Source: Methanotrichaceae archaeon (GTDB lineage: Archaea > Halobacteriota > Methanosarcinia > Methanotrichales > Methanotrichaceae). Taken from it: 64,000 bases of DNA. The stretch's first letter is position 1; every line of letters starts with the position of its first letter. Under the pieces are notes generated by a model. The model had not been told where the DNA came from. It ran no database searches and saw only the letters and a list, made by a program, of their open reading frames with translations. Where the stretch lies: positions 320,001-384,000 of the forward strand of contig CAWEXU010000004.1 in NCBI GenBank assembly GCA_963813075.1, in the 5' to 3' direction. The position numbers and the translations under genes are program-made. Positions 10,904 to 20,987 of the stretch are shown here, piece by piece.

Positions 10904-11396
10904 TACACCCTCTCACTATAAATATCTTTCTAATTTTTAATATTAAGTAATTCTCGTAATTGCCTTTTCCCTGGGCTTTATGCTTTCGTCCTGCCTTGCG
11001 GAAGGCATCGCCAAAAGCCTGCAGTAGACGGGCCGAGCTCAAAGGAGTCTCTCTGGAGTTGGGAACAGGAATGGGGATGAAGCCACCTGTCTCCAGCCTG
11101 CGGTTGACCATTAGAGACTGCAGACAAATCAAACTATCGGATAATTAATAGAAAATAAATCCAATTCAGCGACATAGAGGCTCGGTCTTCTGCCATCCAA
11201 TTTCGTTCATGGATCTTCAGGGCTTCAAAATATATGAGCTATAGATATGAGCCATAGCTGGCTGCATCGGACGCTCTCAGTCGCAATTTTGCTGTCCGGG
11301 AGAATCTCACCCACCGGGCCGAAATCGCATACGGAAAAGCTTTGTCCGAGCCGCTTTGCCGCGATTCAAAGCGCATTTTTTCTCTGGCCCGGGGCC

Positions 11397-12176
11397 TCAA
11401 ATTTCCTCCAAAGGAGCAGGAGGTTCAGAGGAAGCCGCAAGTCTCGCCTCCAGAAATCTATAGATATCGGCCGTAGCCAGCTTGGTGATGGGCAATATGA
11501 CCAGAACAGCGAGGATGGATATGATAAAGCTGAATATGGTAGAGAGGATCAGCACCATATCTGGAGATGAGGCCTCCGCCATCAAGCCCAGGGGGATCAT
11601 GATGAAGATCATTAAAATGATCATAATGATAGCTATGCCAGTATATAGAGACAGCCAGAAGACGAACAGGTTCATAATCGCGCCGGAGGTCATCCGACTG
11701 CTCTCCTTTAAAGCTTCTATCGGACCCAGTCTTTTGTCAACAATCAGATAGCCATAGAACTGATACTTCAGAGCAAGATAGATGCCGGGAACTATCAAGA
11801 GCATAAAGCCAATGAAAACCATCAAGCTGTAGATGATATAGGCGGCAAGGTACTTCAACAATAGAGGATACTGCCGAAATAGATCCTGGATTGGGGGCAA
11901 CAGTCCATCACGAAAGCTCAGAGAAATATCCAGCAGCCCAAGCTCCATCAACAGATAAATTATTCCCGAGGCGACCGCAATGAGGGCAAAAATGGCGATA
12001 ACGATAGACGAATCGGACGCATTCGCTTGGGAAAGGATAAGCGTCCATATCAGGCTGGGAAGATTGTATAGAACTGCCACTATGACCATTAGGACGAAAA
12101 AGAATTTAAGGTTGCTTTTCAGAGTGTTCCATCCAAAACGTATTGGATCAATAGGATCAAAAACATTATGTGACAT
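11397..12176 (-). CDS. Integral membrane protein (DUF975/GPDPase-membrane-like)
   Basis: LLIVPGIYLALKYQFYGYLIVDKRLGPIEALKESSRMTSG signature; multiple TM helices. Confidence 0.75.
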   Translation of the reverse strand: MSHNVFDPIDPIRFGWNTLKSNLKFFFVLMVIVAVLYNLPSLIWTLILSQANASDSSIVIAIFALIAVASGIIYLLMELGLLDISLSFRDGLLPPIQDLFRQYPLLLKYLAAYIIYSLMVFIGFMLLIVPGIYLALKYQFYGYLIVDKRLGPIEALKESSRMTSGAIMNLFVFWLSLYTGIAIIMIILMIFIMIPLGLMAEASSPDMVLILSTIFSFIISILAVLVILPITKLATADIYRFLEARLAASSEPPAPLEEI

Positions 12177-12332
12177 AGCTATAATTATGGCAGGGAAGTT
12201 ATTTACCTTTTTCTGTCAGTTGACCAACTGTACAGTCCCGAACGTTTGAACTCTATGAAAAGAGAGGCGCAAGTCCCGGATGAAAGCGCGAAATTGTGAT
12301 AGCTGCACAGCTATGATGGCCGCAATCCCATT

Positions 12333-13180
12333 TCACCCGCTGGCAGTGGGCGGAGCCCGTCTTCCTGACCGCCTCTCCAGCGTTCGATAGATATCCGACG
12401 TGGCCAGCTTGGTTATGGGCACCATTATAAACAATTGAATGGCGGAGGAGACGATGTCTCCTGCCAGGGGAGCGAGATCCTCGGAGATAATTCTCAGAAT
12501 TGCATAGACAGGAAGCTCTATAAAGATGCTAACTGTTGCAAGAGCAATAGCAATGCCTAAACCCATCTCCAGCCAGAAGATGAACAGGTTCTTCAACATG
12601 CCTTCCGTCAGCCTGCCGCTCTCCTTAAGAGCCTCAAGGGGCCCCGAGCCTCTGTCCACTATTACGTAGCCATAGAACTGATACTTCAAAAAAAGGTATA
12701 CTATAGCCACCAGGATGATTAAGGACAGAATGATGGAAATAATCGTTCCCGCTGTCCCATAGTCTCCTGCTTCCGGGAGTGTCCAGCTGAAAGGAATTAA
12801 CGATAACGGGAGGATTACCATCAGACCAAAGAGAATGCTGGCCACGGATAACTGATCAGCTTGGGATATTCCCGGAATAGATCACTGAGCTCTGCCTTTC
12901 CATTATCTCTGAAGCTCAAAGCGATTCTGAGCAATCCCACTTCCAGGGTGAGGTAGATTATCAGGGAGACGACCGCCATCAGAAGGCGCTTTGGTGCGTC
13001 CGGAGAAGAAATCGTGCCATTCGGCTCCTCCAAATGGAGGACATAAGCGGCAAATAAAGCCGGAAGATTGTATAGCAATGCCACTATAACCATTAGAATA
13101 ACGAAGAACCGAAGATTTTTCCATAGGCCATTCCAGCCAAATCGGATGGCATCAATGGAAAGAAAATCATCACGATTCAT
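12333..13180 (-). CDS. Tandem paralog of 11397-12176, frameshift near 12848
   Basis: Two ORFs (12821-13180, 12333-12845) that together align with the neighbour (IRFGWN..NL.FF..LMVIVA.LYNLP; LKYQFYGY; PITKLAT.DIYR). Confidence 0.75.
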
Positions 13181-13318
13181 GAGTATAAATAGGGTCTGTA
13201 GATATTTAAATCTATCTTAGAGGATGAACCGAAAGTGTGAAATGAAGATAGAGAGAGATGAATTGTTAAATCCGCTGGATTGGCACCAGGACAATATAGA
13301 CGGGAAGTGAGTTGAGAG

Positions 13319-13765
13319 ATGGCGACGGTTTTGATAGTATATCACACCATATCAGGAAACACTGAGAAGATGGCAAAGGCTTTCGAGGAGGGTGCAAAGA
13401 GCGTCTCAGGGATCGATGTCGTGGTCAAGAAGGCATTCGATGCCTCTTTGGATGACCTTCTGGGCTGCGATGCAGTAGCTTTCGGGTCCGCTGATTACTT
13501 CAGCTACATCGCAGGAGCGCTTAAGGATTTCTTCGACCGGACTTATTATCCGTCTCGGGGAATGGTAGTGGGAAAGCCTTATGCTGCATTTGCCACCGGC
13601 GGCGGGGGAGGCGATATCGCCCTTGATGTCCTCGACCGCCTCTGCGGCTCATTCAAACTGAGCAAATCCGCATTTGGCGTCTCTGCCCAGGGCGCACCAT
13701 CATCTGAGGTCCTGGCAAAGTGCAGGGAGACGGGAAAGAGATTGGCGGAGATCGCCCTAAAGTGA
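13319..13765 (+). CDS. Flavodoxin / WrbA-like NAD(P)H-dependent oxidoreductase
   Basis: VYHTISGNTEKMA FMN-binding loop, FGSADYF, AAFATGGG. Confidence 0.88.
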   Translation: MATVLIVYHTISGNTEKMAKAFEEGAKSVSGIDVVVKKAFDASLDDLLGCDAVAFGSADYFSYIAGALKDFFDRTYYPSRGMVVGKPYAAFATGGGGGDIALDVLDRLCGSFKLSKSAFGVSAQGAPSSEVLAKCRETGKRLAEIALK

Positions 13766-13820
13766 GAACATCCTCTCTTTAGATGACCCGTCAGTTTCAA
13801 CAGCCTGATATCCCAATTCC

Positions 13821-14591
13821 TCAGACCCTGTCCAGAGGGGAATCAGCCCCGGCAAGACGGCCCAGTCCCTTCCCGGCCTCCTCCCGACAGCTTTTGGCCT
13901 CCGCCATATCCGGATCGATCTGGATAGCCCTCTCCGCTGCCAATATTGCCAGGTCGTACTCCGCCAGGTTGATCAGTGCATTGCACCGGTTGCACCAGGC
14001 CAGGGCAGACTGGGGATCGATCTCGATGGCCCGGTCATATGCGGCCACCGCCTGCTCATACCTTTTCAGTTGAACGAGCACATTGCCCTTATTGATCCAG
14101 GCCCTGGCATCCTCTCCATTCAGCTCGGTGGATCTATTGGATGCCTCCAATGCCTCATCGTACCTTCCCAGGTTGTACAGGACCACACCCCGGTTGTACC
14201 AGGCTTCCGAATTTTGCGGCTCGATCTCAACCACCCGCTCAAAGGCGACCAGGGCCTCATCATACCTGCCCTGCTGGGTTAAAGCAACCCCTTTATTGTA
14301 CCAGGCCCGGGCATAATCAGGATAATCCTGGATGTAGCGGTCGAACTCCGCTATAGCCTCGTCGTACCGGCCCTGCTCGGCCAGGTCAATGCCCTTATTG
14401 TAGCAGTTGATGCTGTCATTCTCACTCAAAGCGGCTGCGCAAAGGCCCGATTGAATTAGCGACAGATGAATCAGGATGCCGACAGCAATCAGGATAAAGA
14501 TAAAGCTCTCTTTGATGATCCTTCCTCCGAGGATATCATTTCCCATATCTATAGAAAAAGATTTTGGAGGCTCAAATTCATTTCCCTCCAT
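13821..14591 (-). CDS. TPR-repeat protein with N-terminal hydrophobic segment
   Basis: About five AWYNKG/AWYNRG..GRYDEAL repeats; start overlaps the rhomboid stop (TGATG). Confidence 0.88.
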   Translation of the reverse strand: MEGNEFEPPKSFSIDMGNDILGGRIIKESFIFILIAVGILIHLSLIQSGLCAAALSENDSINCYNKGIDLAEQGRYDEAIAEFDRYIQDYPDYARAWYNKGVALTQQGRYDEALVAFERVVEIEPQNSEAWYNRGVVLYNLGRYDEALEASNRSTELNGEDARAWINKGNVLVQLKRYEQAVAAYDRAIEIDPQSALAWCNRCNALINLAEYDLAILAAERAIQIDPDMAEAKSCREEAGKGLGRLAGADSPLDRV

Positions 14592-15298
14592 CAGTGCATC
14601 GGGAATAGATGCCGTCTCATGAATGTCTTATAGATAAAGGTGAGCAGAATTCCTGCCACGAACCCTCCAATGTGAGCCCAGTAGGCCACCCCGCCCCCTT
14701 CTGCTACCACTCCCAAAGAGGCCACTCCGCTGAATAGCTGGATGACAAACCAGACCAGGATGAAAAGCAGCGCTGGAACCTTGGTGATGCGATAGAAAAA
14801 TCCGAAGAATATAAACAGGCGCACAACGCCCTGAGGCAGGAGGAGCAGGTATCCGGCCAGGACCCCGGATATTGCCCCGCTGGCCCCCACATTGGGGATG
14901 GTTGAGGCCGGGTCGGCGGCGATCTGGGCGGCTGCTGCCGCAAGGCCGCAGAGCAGATAGAAGATCAGATAGGGGACGGGACCCATCAGGTCCTCCACAT
15001 TGTCCCCAAATACGGCAAGAAAGACCATATTGGAGAGGATGTGCAATATGCCCGCATGGACGAACATGGAGGTGAAAAAGGTAGAATAAGGATGAAGCAT
15101 GCCGCCCTGGCCAGTCATGACATCGGCAGGCACCAGGCCGAAGGTATTGAAGAAGGAATTCACTCCCTGCGATCCGTCTGAGATCAGAATGAAGATCTCA
15201 TAGAGAAAAAAAATGATGTTGATTGCCACTAATGCTGCCGTAACCGCAGGAAAACTTCGGCGCGGTATGATCTCCTCTGTGCCCACCGGTGCAAACAT
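14591..15298 (-). CDS. Rhomboid-family intramembrane serine protease
   Basis: [25 protein letters not shown] motifs. Confidence 0.93.
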   Translation of the reverse strand: MFAPVGTEEIIPRRSFPAVTAALVAINIIFFLYEIFILISDGSQGVNSFFNTFGLVPADVMTGQGGMLHPYSTFFTSMFVHAGILHILSNMVFLAVFGDNVEDLMGPVPYLIFYLLCGLAAAAAQIAADPASTIPNVGASGAISGVLAGYLLLLPQGVVRLFIFFGFFYRITKVPALLFILVWFVIQLFSGVASLGVVAEGGGVAYWAHIGGFVAGILLTFIYKTFMRRHLFPMH

Positions 15299-15512
15299 CT
15301 TTCACCTCAAATCTGGTCTTCTCTTGTGCTCGATTAGGTGCCCGTATGTGATCTCTTGGGCTCATGCATGTGCTCTATCGGGCAATTCTATTTGCTCTCA
15401 GAGCTTCTGCACTCACGATCAAATTAGCTGTCAATCATTATCAAATTACCTGTCAATATACTTATCCGATCAAGAGCAAAAGATAAATAACCATCAAGAC
15501 AAACCAATACCT

Positions 15513-16343
15513 ATGGCCAATATGATCAGAACGACCCTATTGCTGGCCGGTCTGACAGGAATTTTGCTGCTGATCGGCGGCTTTTTGGGGGGAAGGAGCG
15601 GCATGCTCATAGCCCTGATCTTCTCCGTTTTAATGAACTTTGGATCTTACTGGTACAGCGATAAATTGGTCTTGAAGATGTACAAGGCCCGCGAGCTGAA
15701 TAGTGCGGAGTCACCGGAGCTCTTTGGCATGGTTCAGAACCTGGCCGCTAACGCCGGCCTACCCATGCCCAGGCTTTATGTGGTCGAGGATCCCATGCCC
15801 AATGCCTTTGCCACGGGCAGGGATCCCAAGCACGCCGCTGTCGCTGTGACCACCGGCATCACCAGGATTCTCAGCAAAGATGAGCTGGCAGGAGTGATCT
15901 CTCATGAGCTGGCTCACGTTAGGAATCGGGATACCCTGATCAGCACCATTGCAGCCACCATTGCTGGAGTGATCACATTCATGGCCAGTATGGCCCAGTG
16001 GTCACTGATCTTTGGGGGAGGGGACGATGATGGCGCCAACCCGGTGGGAATCTTAGCCATGGCTATCCTGGCCCCCATTGCTGCCAGCATTGTCCAGCTG
16101 GCGATATCCCGGGGCAGAGAGTTTGAGGCCGATGCCGGGGGAGCGAAGATAAGCGGCAATCCCCTTTCCCTGGCCAGTGCCCTGGCCAAGCTGGAGTCGG
16201 GCAACCGGGCGGTGCGCTCGGACGTAAATCCATCCACTGCCCATATGTTCATCGTCAACCCCCTCAAAGGAAAGGCAATGGCATCGCTCTTCTCCACCCA
16301 TCCCAGCACAGAGGAGAGGATCGCCCGCCTCCGGTCAATGTAG
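15513..16343 (+). CDS. htpX: Zinc metalloprotease HtpX
   Basis: [28 protein letters not shown]; start moved to MANMIRT at 15513. Confidence 0.93.
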   Translation: MANMIRTTLLLAGLTGILLLIGGFLGGRSGMLIALIFSVLMNFGSYWYSDKLVLKMYKARELNSAESPELFGMVQNLAANAGLPMPRLYVVEDPMPNAFATGRDPKHAAVAVTTGITRILSKDELAGVISHELAHVRNRDTLISTIAATIAGVITFMASMAQWSLIFGGGDDDGANPVGILAMAILAPIAASIVQLAISRGREFEADAGGAKISGNPLSLASALAKLESGNRAVRSDVNPSTAHMFIVNPLKGKAMASLFSTHPSTEERIARLRSM

Positions 16344-16480
16344 ATTAGGGGACCGGATCGGTTGATGAAAAATAATAGGATCAGAAGATTCGAAAGGATT
16401 AGAAGGATCAGAAAGAAAGGGAAGTGGCCAGGCTAAGCAGCAACTACTGCCGCCTGGCGGTGATCTTTTCCGGGCATCCG

Positions 16481-16969
16481 TCACTCCGCAGGTATTGATT
16501 CAGCCAGGGGAGTAGCGCTTTTTAAGGAGTCCTTTATCCTCCGGTCGCAGCTCATGCAGATCCCCTCCAGGTCGAAGCTCGATCCGATGACCGTGAAGTT
16601 GGCATTGCGAGAGACCTGATTCACCAATTTTGGCATTATCGGGTCCATCCAATCGGTGATGCTGCCGCACTGCAGGCAGACCAGGTGCGCATGGGGCTCC
16701 ACGTTGGGGTCGTATCTGGTTTGCGATTGAGACAGATTCAGCTCACAGATCAGGCCGGTCTCTTTTAAGATTTTAATTGTGGTGTAGATGGTGGCCAGGC
16801 TTACTGTGGGATGGGTCTTTTTGACCTCCTGATATGTCCTTTGCGCTGTAGGATGCTCATGATTACGCAGTATGTATCTGCTGATGGCAATCCTCTGGGG
16901 AGTGGCTCTATAGCCGCTATTGCGAAATGTCTTTATGATGGTTGAATCCAGGCTGTCGGCACTGATCAT
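16481..16969 (-). CDS. Fur/PerR-family transcriptional regulator
   Basis: RATPQR, HPTA, SLATIY, HAHLVCLQCG, CMSC. Confidence 0.92.
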   Translation of the reverse strand: MISADSLDSTIIKTFRNSGYRATPQRIAISRYILRNHEHPTAQRTYQEVKKTHPTVSLATIYTTIKILKETGLICELNLSQSQTRYDPNVEPHAHLVCLQCGSITDWMDPIMPKLVNQVSRNANFTVIGSSFDLEGICMSCDRRIKDSLKSATPLAESIPAE

Positions 16970-17047
16970 AGTAATTATTATCTAATAATCACTCTTAAAT
17001 AAACCTATCCCTAAGGCGAATAGCACTAACAGACAAATAATACCCTG

Positions 17048-17428
17048 GTGATAAATATGATTCATACCGATCGAATATTTTCCTTTCAGGAGCTAGGAAG
17101 CGAAGAGGAGCTGGTGGAGGCAATGACTAACCACATCTGGCCCGTTTGCTACAGCTTCTTTTACGGGAAGCTGCTCTACCTCAGCGACGGCGACTCTGAG
17201 GAGGCGCCTGAGTACGCGGTGGTGACCATCGACAGCACGGGGGGACATCATGGAGTCACCGGTCGCGAGGTGGGCAGGATCAAACCACGCGGTCTATCTA
17301 ATGAGAAAGTGCACGAATTCATCCAGAATATGAGTCAAGGGCACTATGCCGGCGAGATCCCGGTCCAAGCTCAGGTGGAGCCCAAATGGCATCATAGCTG
17401 CAAGTTCTGCCAGATGGAAGAGGATTAA
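17048..17428 (+). CDS. Hypothetical protein with C-terminal HHSCKFC motif
   Basis: 126 aa ORF between the Fur-family gene and peroxiredoxin. Confidence 0.7.
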   Translation: MINMIHTDRIFSFQELGSEEELVEAMTNHIWPVCYSFFYGKLLYLSDGDSEEAPEYAVVTIDSTGGHHGVTGREVGRIKPRGLSNEKVHEFIQNMSQGHYAGEIPVQAQVEPKWHHSCKFCQMEED

Positions 17429-17489
17429 AAAGATAACTCATGAGAATCAAATATAAGTGATAAAGATATGATAAAGAGGAGATAAAACT

Positions 17490-18251
17490 ATGTGCGTTTC
17501 GGATAAAATGGGCCCCTCAAAGGGATTTGAGCATAGCGACCTTTATCACATGGAGCATCATTCGGGCCATCATATGGGTCACCATATGGGACATCATATG
17601 GGTGAAAAGGGTGGCTTCCCGTTGATCGGAGACAAGTTCCCATCCATGGAGGTCAAGACCACTCATGGCATGATTAAGATGCCTGATGCATATTCCGGAA
17701 AGTGGTTTGTCCTTTTCAGCCATCCTGGGGACTTCACCCCTGTATGCACCACCGAGTTTGTCGCTTTTCAGAAGATGAGGGCTGACTTTGATAAGCTGAA
17801 CTGCGAGCTGATCGGCCTGTCGGTGGACCAGGTTTTCGCTCATATGAAGTGGACCCAGTGGATCAAAGAGAACCTGAAGGTGGAGATCACCTTCCCCATA
17901 ATCGCTGACGACCTGGGAAAAGTTGCCATGAGGCTGGGGATGATTCATCCTGGCAAGGGCGCTAATACCGTCAGAGCGGTCTTCATCATCGATCCCGAGG
18001 CCACAATTCGCCTGATCCTCTTCTATCCCCAGGAGATAGGAAGGAACATGGGCGAGATTATCAGGGCTCTTGAGGCGCTGCAGGTCGTGGACAAGAACAA
18101 GGTAGCAACTCCTGCAAACTGGCCCAACAACGATTTCCTCGGCGACCAGGTAATCATTCCCCCGCCAGCGGACGAGAAGGCTGCAGCCAGCAGAAAGACC
18201 GGCGGCGACATGGTCTGCGAAGACTGGTGGTTCTGCCACAAAAAACTGTGA
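17490..18251 (+). CDS. Peroxiredoxin (archaeal Prx6 type) with His-rich N-terminal extension
   Basis: [29 protein letters not shown]-terminal CEDWWFC. Confidence 0.95.
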   Translation: MCVSDKMGPSKGFEHSDLYHMEHHSGHHMGHHMGHHMGEKGGFPLIGDKFPSMEVKTTHGMIKMPDAYSGKWFVLFSHPGDFTPVCTTEFVAFQKMRADFDKLNCELIGLSVDQVFAHMKWTQWIKENLKVEITFPIIADDLGKVAMRLGMIHPGKGANTVRAVFIIDPEATIRLILFYPQEIGRNMGEIIRALEALQVVDKNKVATPANWPNNDFLGDQVIIPPPADEKAAASRKTGGDMVCEDWWFCHKKL

Positions 18252-18305
18252 GTTGTAAGTAATTGATAAGAATTAATGAGATCGAGATAATTGATGGTGA
18301 TATAA

Positions 18306-18921
18306 ATGGTTGAGAAGAAGAAGTACGTCCTGCCCGCGCTGCCCTATGCCGGCAATGCTCTGGAGCCTCATATCACTGAGGCCCAACTGGTACTGCATCA
18401 TGATAAGCATCATGCTGCCTATGTGAACGGCGCCAATGCCATCCTGGAGAGGCTGGAGAAGGCCAGAGATTCTGGCTCGGATGTAGATATGAAGGCCACA
18501 CCTAAAGGAGCTCTCCTTCCAGGCAGGAGGCCATGTGCTGCATAGCTTATTCTGGGCGAACCTCGCTCCTGCCTCTAAAACCAGCAAGGAGCCGGGTGGC
18601 GTTCTGGCCGAAGTTCTGAAAAAGGAGTTCGGATCCATTGAGCGCTTCAAGAAGGAGTTTACCACTGCTGCCGTGAGCACAGAGGGCTCAGGCTGGGCGG
18701 CCTTATCCTGGTGCGCCATGACCGGCAGGCCGATCATTATGCAGATCGAAAAGCATAATGTGAACGTCTACCCCATGTTCCGTATCCTCATGGTCCTGGA
18801 CGTCTGGGAGCATGCCTACTACCTGGACTACAAGAACGAGAGGGCGAAGTTCGTGGAGGCCTTCTGGAACATCGTGAACTGGGATGAGGTAAACCGAAGG
18901 CTGGAAGCGGCAATTAAATAA
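18306..18921 (+). CDS. sod: Fe/Mn superoxide dismutase, +1 frameshift near 18500
   Basis: [24 protein letters not shown] in ORF1; [17 protein letters not shown] in ORF2; removing one C restores [14 protein letters not shown]. Confidence 0.92.
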
Positions 18922-19013
18922 TTACCTCCTTTTACCTTTTCTATTTTTTTATCGCTTCTCATAATCCAGCATAATAGATATATGTCTCGATCCAGATCAA
19001 CAACTGGAGGGAT

Positions 19014-19565
19014 ACGATCGATTCAACACATATCTGCCCCTGGTGGCTTGCATATGCTCTGGACAATCCGATTCGAAGGCTCGTACATGATCCTGCAAAG
19101 ATCCTCTCTGGATATATCGAAAACGGACAGACTGTACTTGATATAGGATGCGGATCGGGCACGTTCACCATCTTCATGGCAAAGATGGTGGGCGAGAAGG
19201 GATCGGTGATTGCAGTTGATCTCCAGGATGAAATGCTGCAGATGGTAAGACAGAAAGCGGCCAAAGAAAAGCTGGAATCTCGCATAATCACTCATAAGAG
19301 TAATCCGGATAAAATTGGCATCCCGACCAAAGTCGATTTCGCCTTAGCCTTCTATGTGGTCCATGAAGTGCCCGATAGAGAGGCATTGCTCAGGGAAATC
19401 GCCTCCATGCTCCAGCCAGGAGGCAAGCTGATGATAGTTGAGCCCATTTTTCATGTTTCAGAATCCTCATTCAAAAAGACTTTAGAAGCAGCAAAGCATG
19501 CAGGCCTGAAGCTGGTTTGTGAGCCAAAGATCAGGTTCAGTCGCACTATGATCCTTCAAATGTAA
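19014..19565 (+). CDS. Class I SAM-dependent methyltransferase (start codon unclear)
   Basis: Frame upstream of the 19176 ORF reads HICPWWLAYALDNPIRR...VLDIGCGSG (motif I); no in-frame ATG/GTG/TTG upstream. Confidence 0.8.
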   Translation, partial: TIDSTHICPWWLAYALDNPIRRLVHDPAKILSGYIENGQTVLDIGCGSGTFTIFMAKMVGEKGSVIAVDLQDEMLQMVRQKAAKEKLESRIITHKSNPDKIGIPTKVDFALAFYVVHEVPDREALLREIASMLQPGGKLMIVEPIFHVSESSFKKTLEAAKHAGLKLVCEPKIRFSRTMILQM

Positions 19566-19591
19566 TCGAGTCCTCTGAACAAAGACTTAAG

Positions 19592-19870
19592 ATGGAAGAG
19601 GTTTATGGGAACACCTCTATGGATACGGTTGAGGAAAGGGCAAAGACGCAGCTCATGGTCATCGAGATGTCCTATAACATCAAGATCCAGAATAAAGAGG
19701 AGATCGCTCGGTTCATTGCGGCAAAAGCCAAAGATAATAGAGAGGTCTTGATGATCTCTTCGGCCATCAGCTCCTGGATTGCCAGAAATGGCATATCAAA
19801 AGAGACTGTGCTTCCCATCGATATGGTGATGCAATCCATAAAGGCAGTCAATGATATCGATAGAAGTTGA
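19592..19870 (+). CDS. Hypothetical protein
   Basis: 92 aa ORF overlapping the start of the radical SAM gene. Confidence 0.6.
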   Translation: MEEVYGNTSMDTVEERAKTQLMVIEMSYNIKIQNKEEIARFIAAKAKDNREVLMISSAISSWIARNGISKETVLPIDMVMQSIKAVNDIDRS

Positions 19871-20900
19871 CCGCAGACGGATCGAGGTGCCTGTTGGCTT
19901 CTCGGTCAAAGAGGCTCTGGAGAGTCTCGGCTATAACATCACAATGCATCCAGCCGACAAAGGGCTTTTCATGCCCTGCCAGGTGGGGGGCTGCTGGGCC
20001 TGCGCCCTGGAGATAGATGGAGAGGTGAGGCCCGCCTGCTCGACGCAGGTGCAGGAAGGTATGAGGATAAAGACCGGGGCACCCAGGGGGACGCCTCAGA
20101 GGATGGTGGCGGGCTTCATGGGCCATAAGGTCGGAGGAGTGGGCACACCCTGGTGGCTGGAGAGCGGTCTGGGCTTCATAGAAGCGGTCTGCTTCACCTC
20201 AGGCTGCAACCTCTGTTGCCCCCAGTGCCAGAACTGGCGGTATGCCTATATGGACGCCGGCGAGCTTTTGGCTCCAGAAGAAGCGGCGGAGAGGATGACC
20301 GAGACCAAAAGGCAGTGCGGAGTGGAGCGTATTGCCGTTTCCGGCGGGGAGTGCACCCTCAACCGCTCCTGGCTGGTCTCATTCATACGCCTCCTCCGGG
20401 AGAAAAATCCCATCGCCCGAATTCATGTGGACACCAACGGCTCGATCCTGACGGAAGACTACATCGATGAGCTGGTCAGAGCAGGGATGACCGACATTGG
20501 CATCGATCTCAAAGCCCTGAGATTATCCACCTTCATGGAGATTACCGGCCTTTTGGATGAAAGTCTGGCCTCTCGCTATTTGGAGACTGCCTGGCAGGCG
20601 GTAAGATATGTGCACGACAGCCATCCTCAGGTCTTTTTGGGGATTGGCATTCCCTTTAATCAGGAGCTTATCAGCACCCAGGAGGTCCAGGAGATGGGGG
20701 AAGTAATTGCCAGGATAGATCCCTGGATTCAGGTCTGTGCCCTCGACTACCGGCCGGAGTTCAGGAGGCCGGAGTTGGTCAGGCCCAGCTTTTATCAGAT
20801 GCTGCAGATTCATTGCCTTCTGAGGGACAGCGGTCTTGAGTCCGTCGTCTGCCAGACGGAGCGAGGGAAGATAGGGCCAGCGGGAAGGCTTTTGCATTAA
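19851..20900 (+). CDS. Radical SAM protein (PFL-activase-like) with N-terminal 2Fe-2S-like domain
   Basis: CQVGGCWAC...PACST N-domain; GCNLCCPQCQN (CxxxCxxC), SGGE, DTNG, DLKA. Confidence 0.88.
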   Translation: MISIEVDRRRIEVPVGFSVKEALESLGYNITMHPADKGLFMPCQVGGCWACALEIDGEVRPACSTQVQEGMRIKTGAPRGTPQRMVAGFMGHKVGGVGTPWWLESGLGFIEAVCFTSGCNLCCPQCQNWRYAYMDAGELLAPEEAAERMTETKRQCGVERIAVSGGECTLNRSWLVSFIRLLREKNPIARIHVDTNGSILTEDYIDELVRAGMTDIGIDLKALRLSTFMEITGLLDESLASRYLETAWQAVRYVHDSHPQVFLGIGIPFNQELISTQEVQEMGEVIARIDPWIQVCALDYRPEFRRPELVRPSFYQMLQIHCLLRDSGLESVVCQTERGKIGPAGRLLH

Positions 20901-20987
20901 CCAGGACTTGAATTGAATAGCTTTTAATATATTAAAGATTATTTTTAAGTTTTATAAAAAAAGGAACATACACGCCTGATCTGCACT

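Noticed and set aside
16376..16420. Degenerate GGAT(C/T)AGAA microrepeat
   Set aside because: Low-complexity tract between convergent genes, probably terminator-associated
18495..18545. Programmed frameshifting in sod or kae1
   Set aside because: No heptameric slippery site or stimulatory structure seen; fits the window-wide indel error pattern
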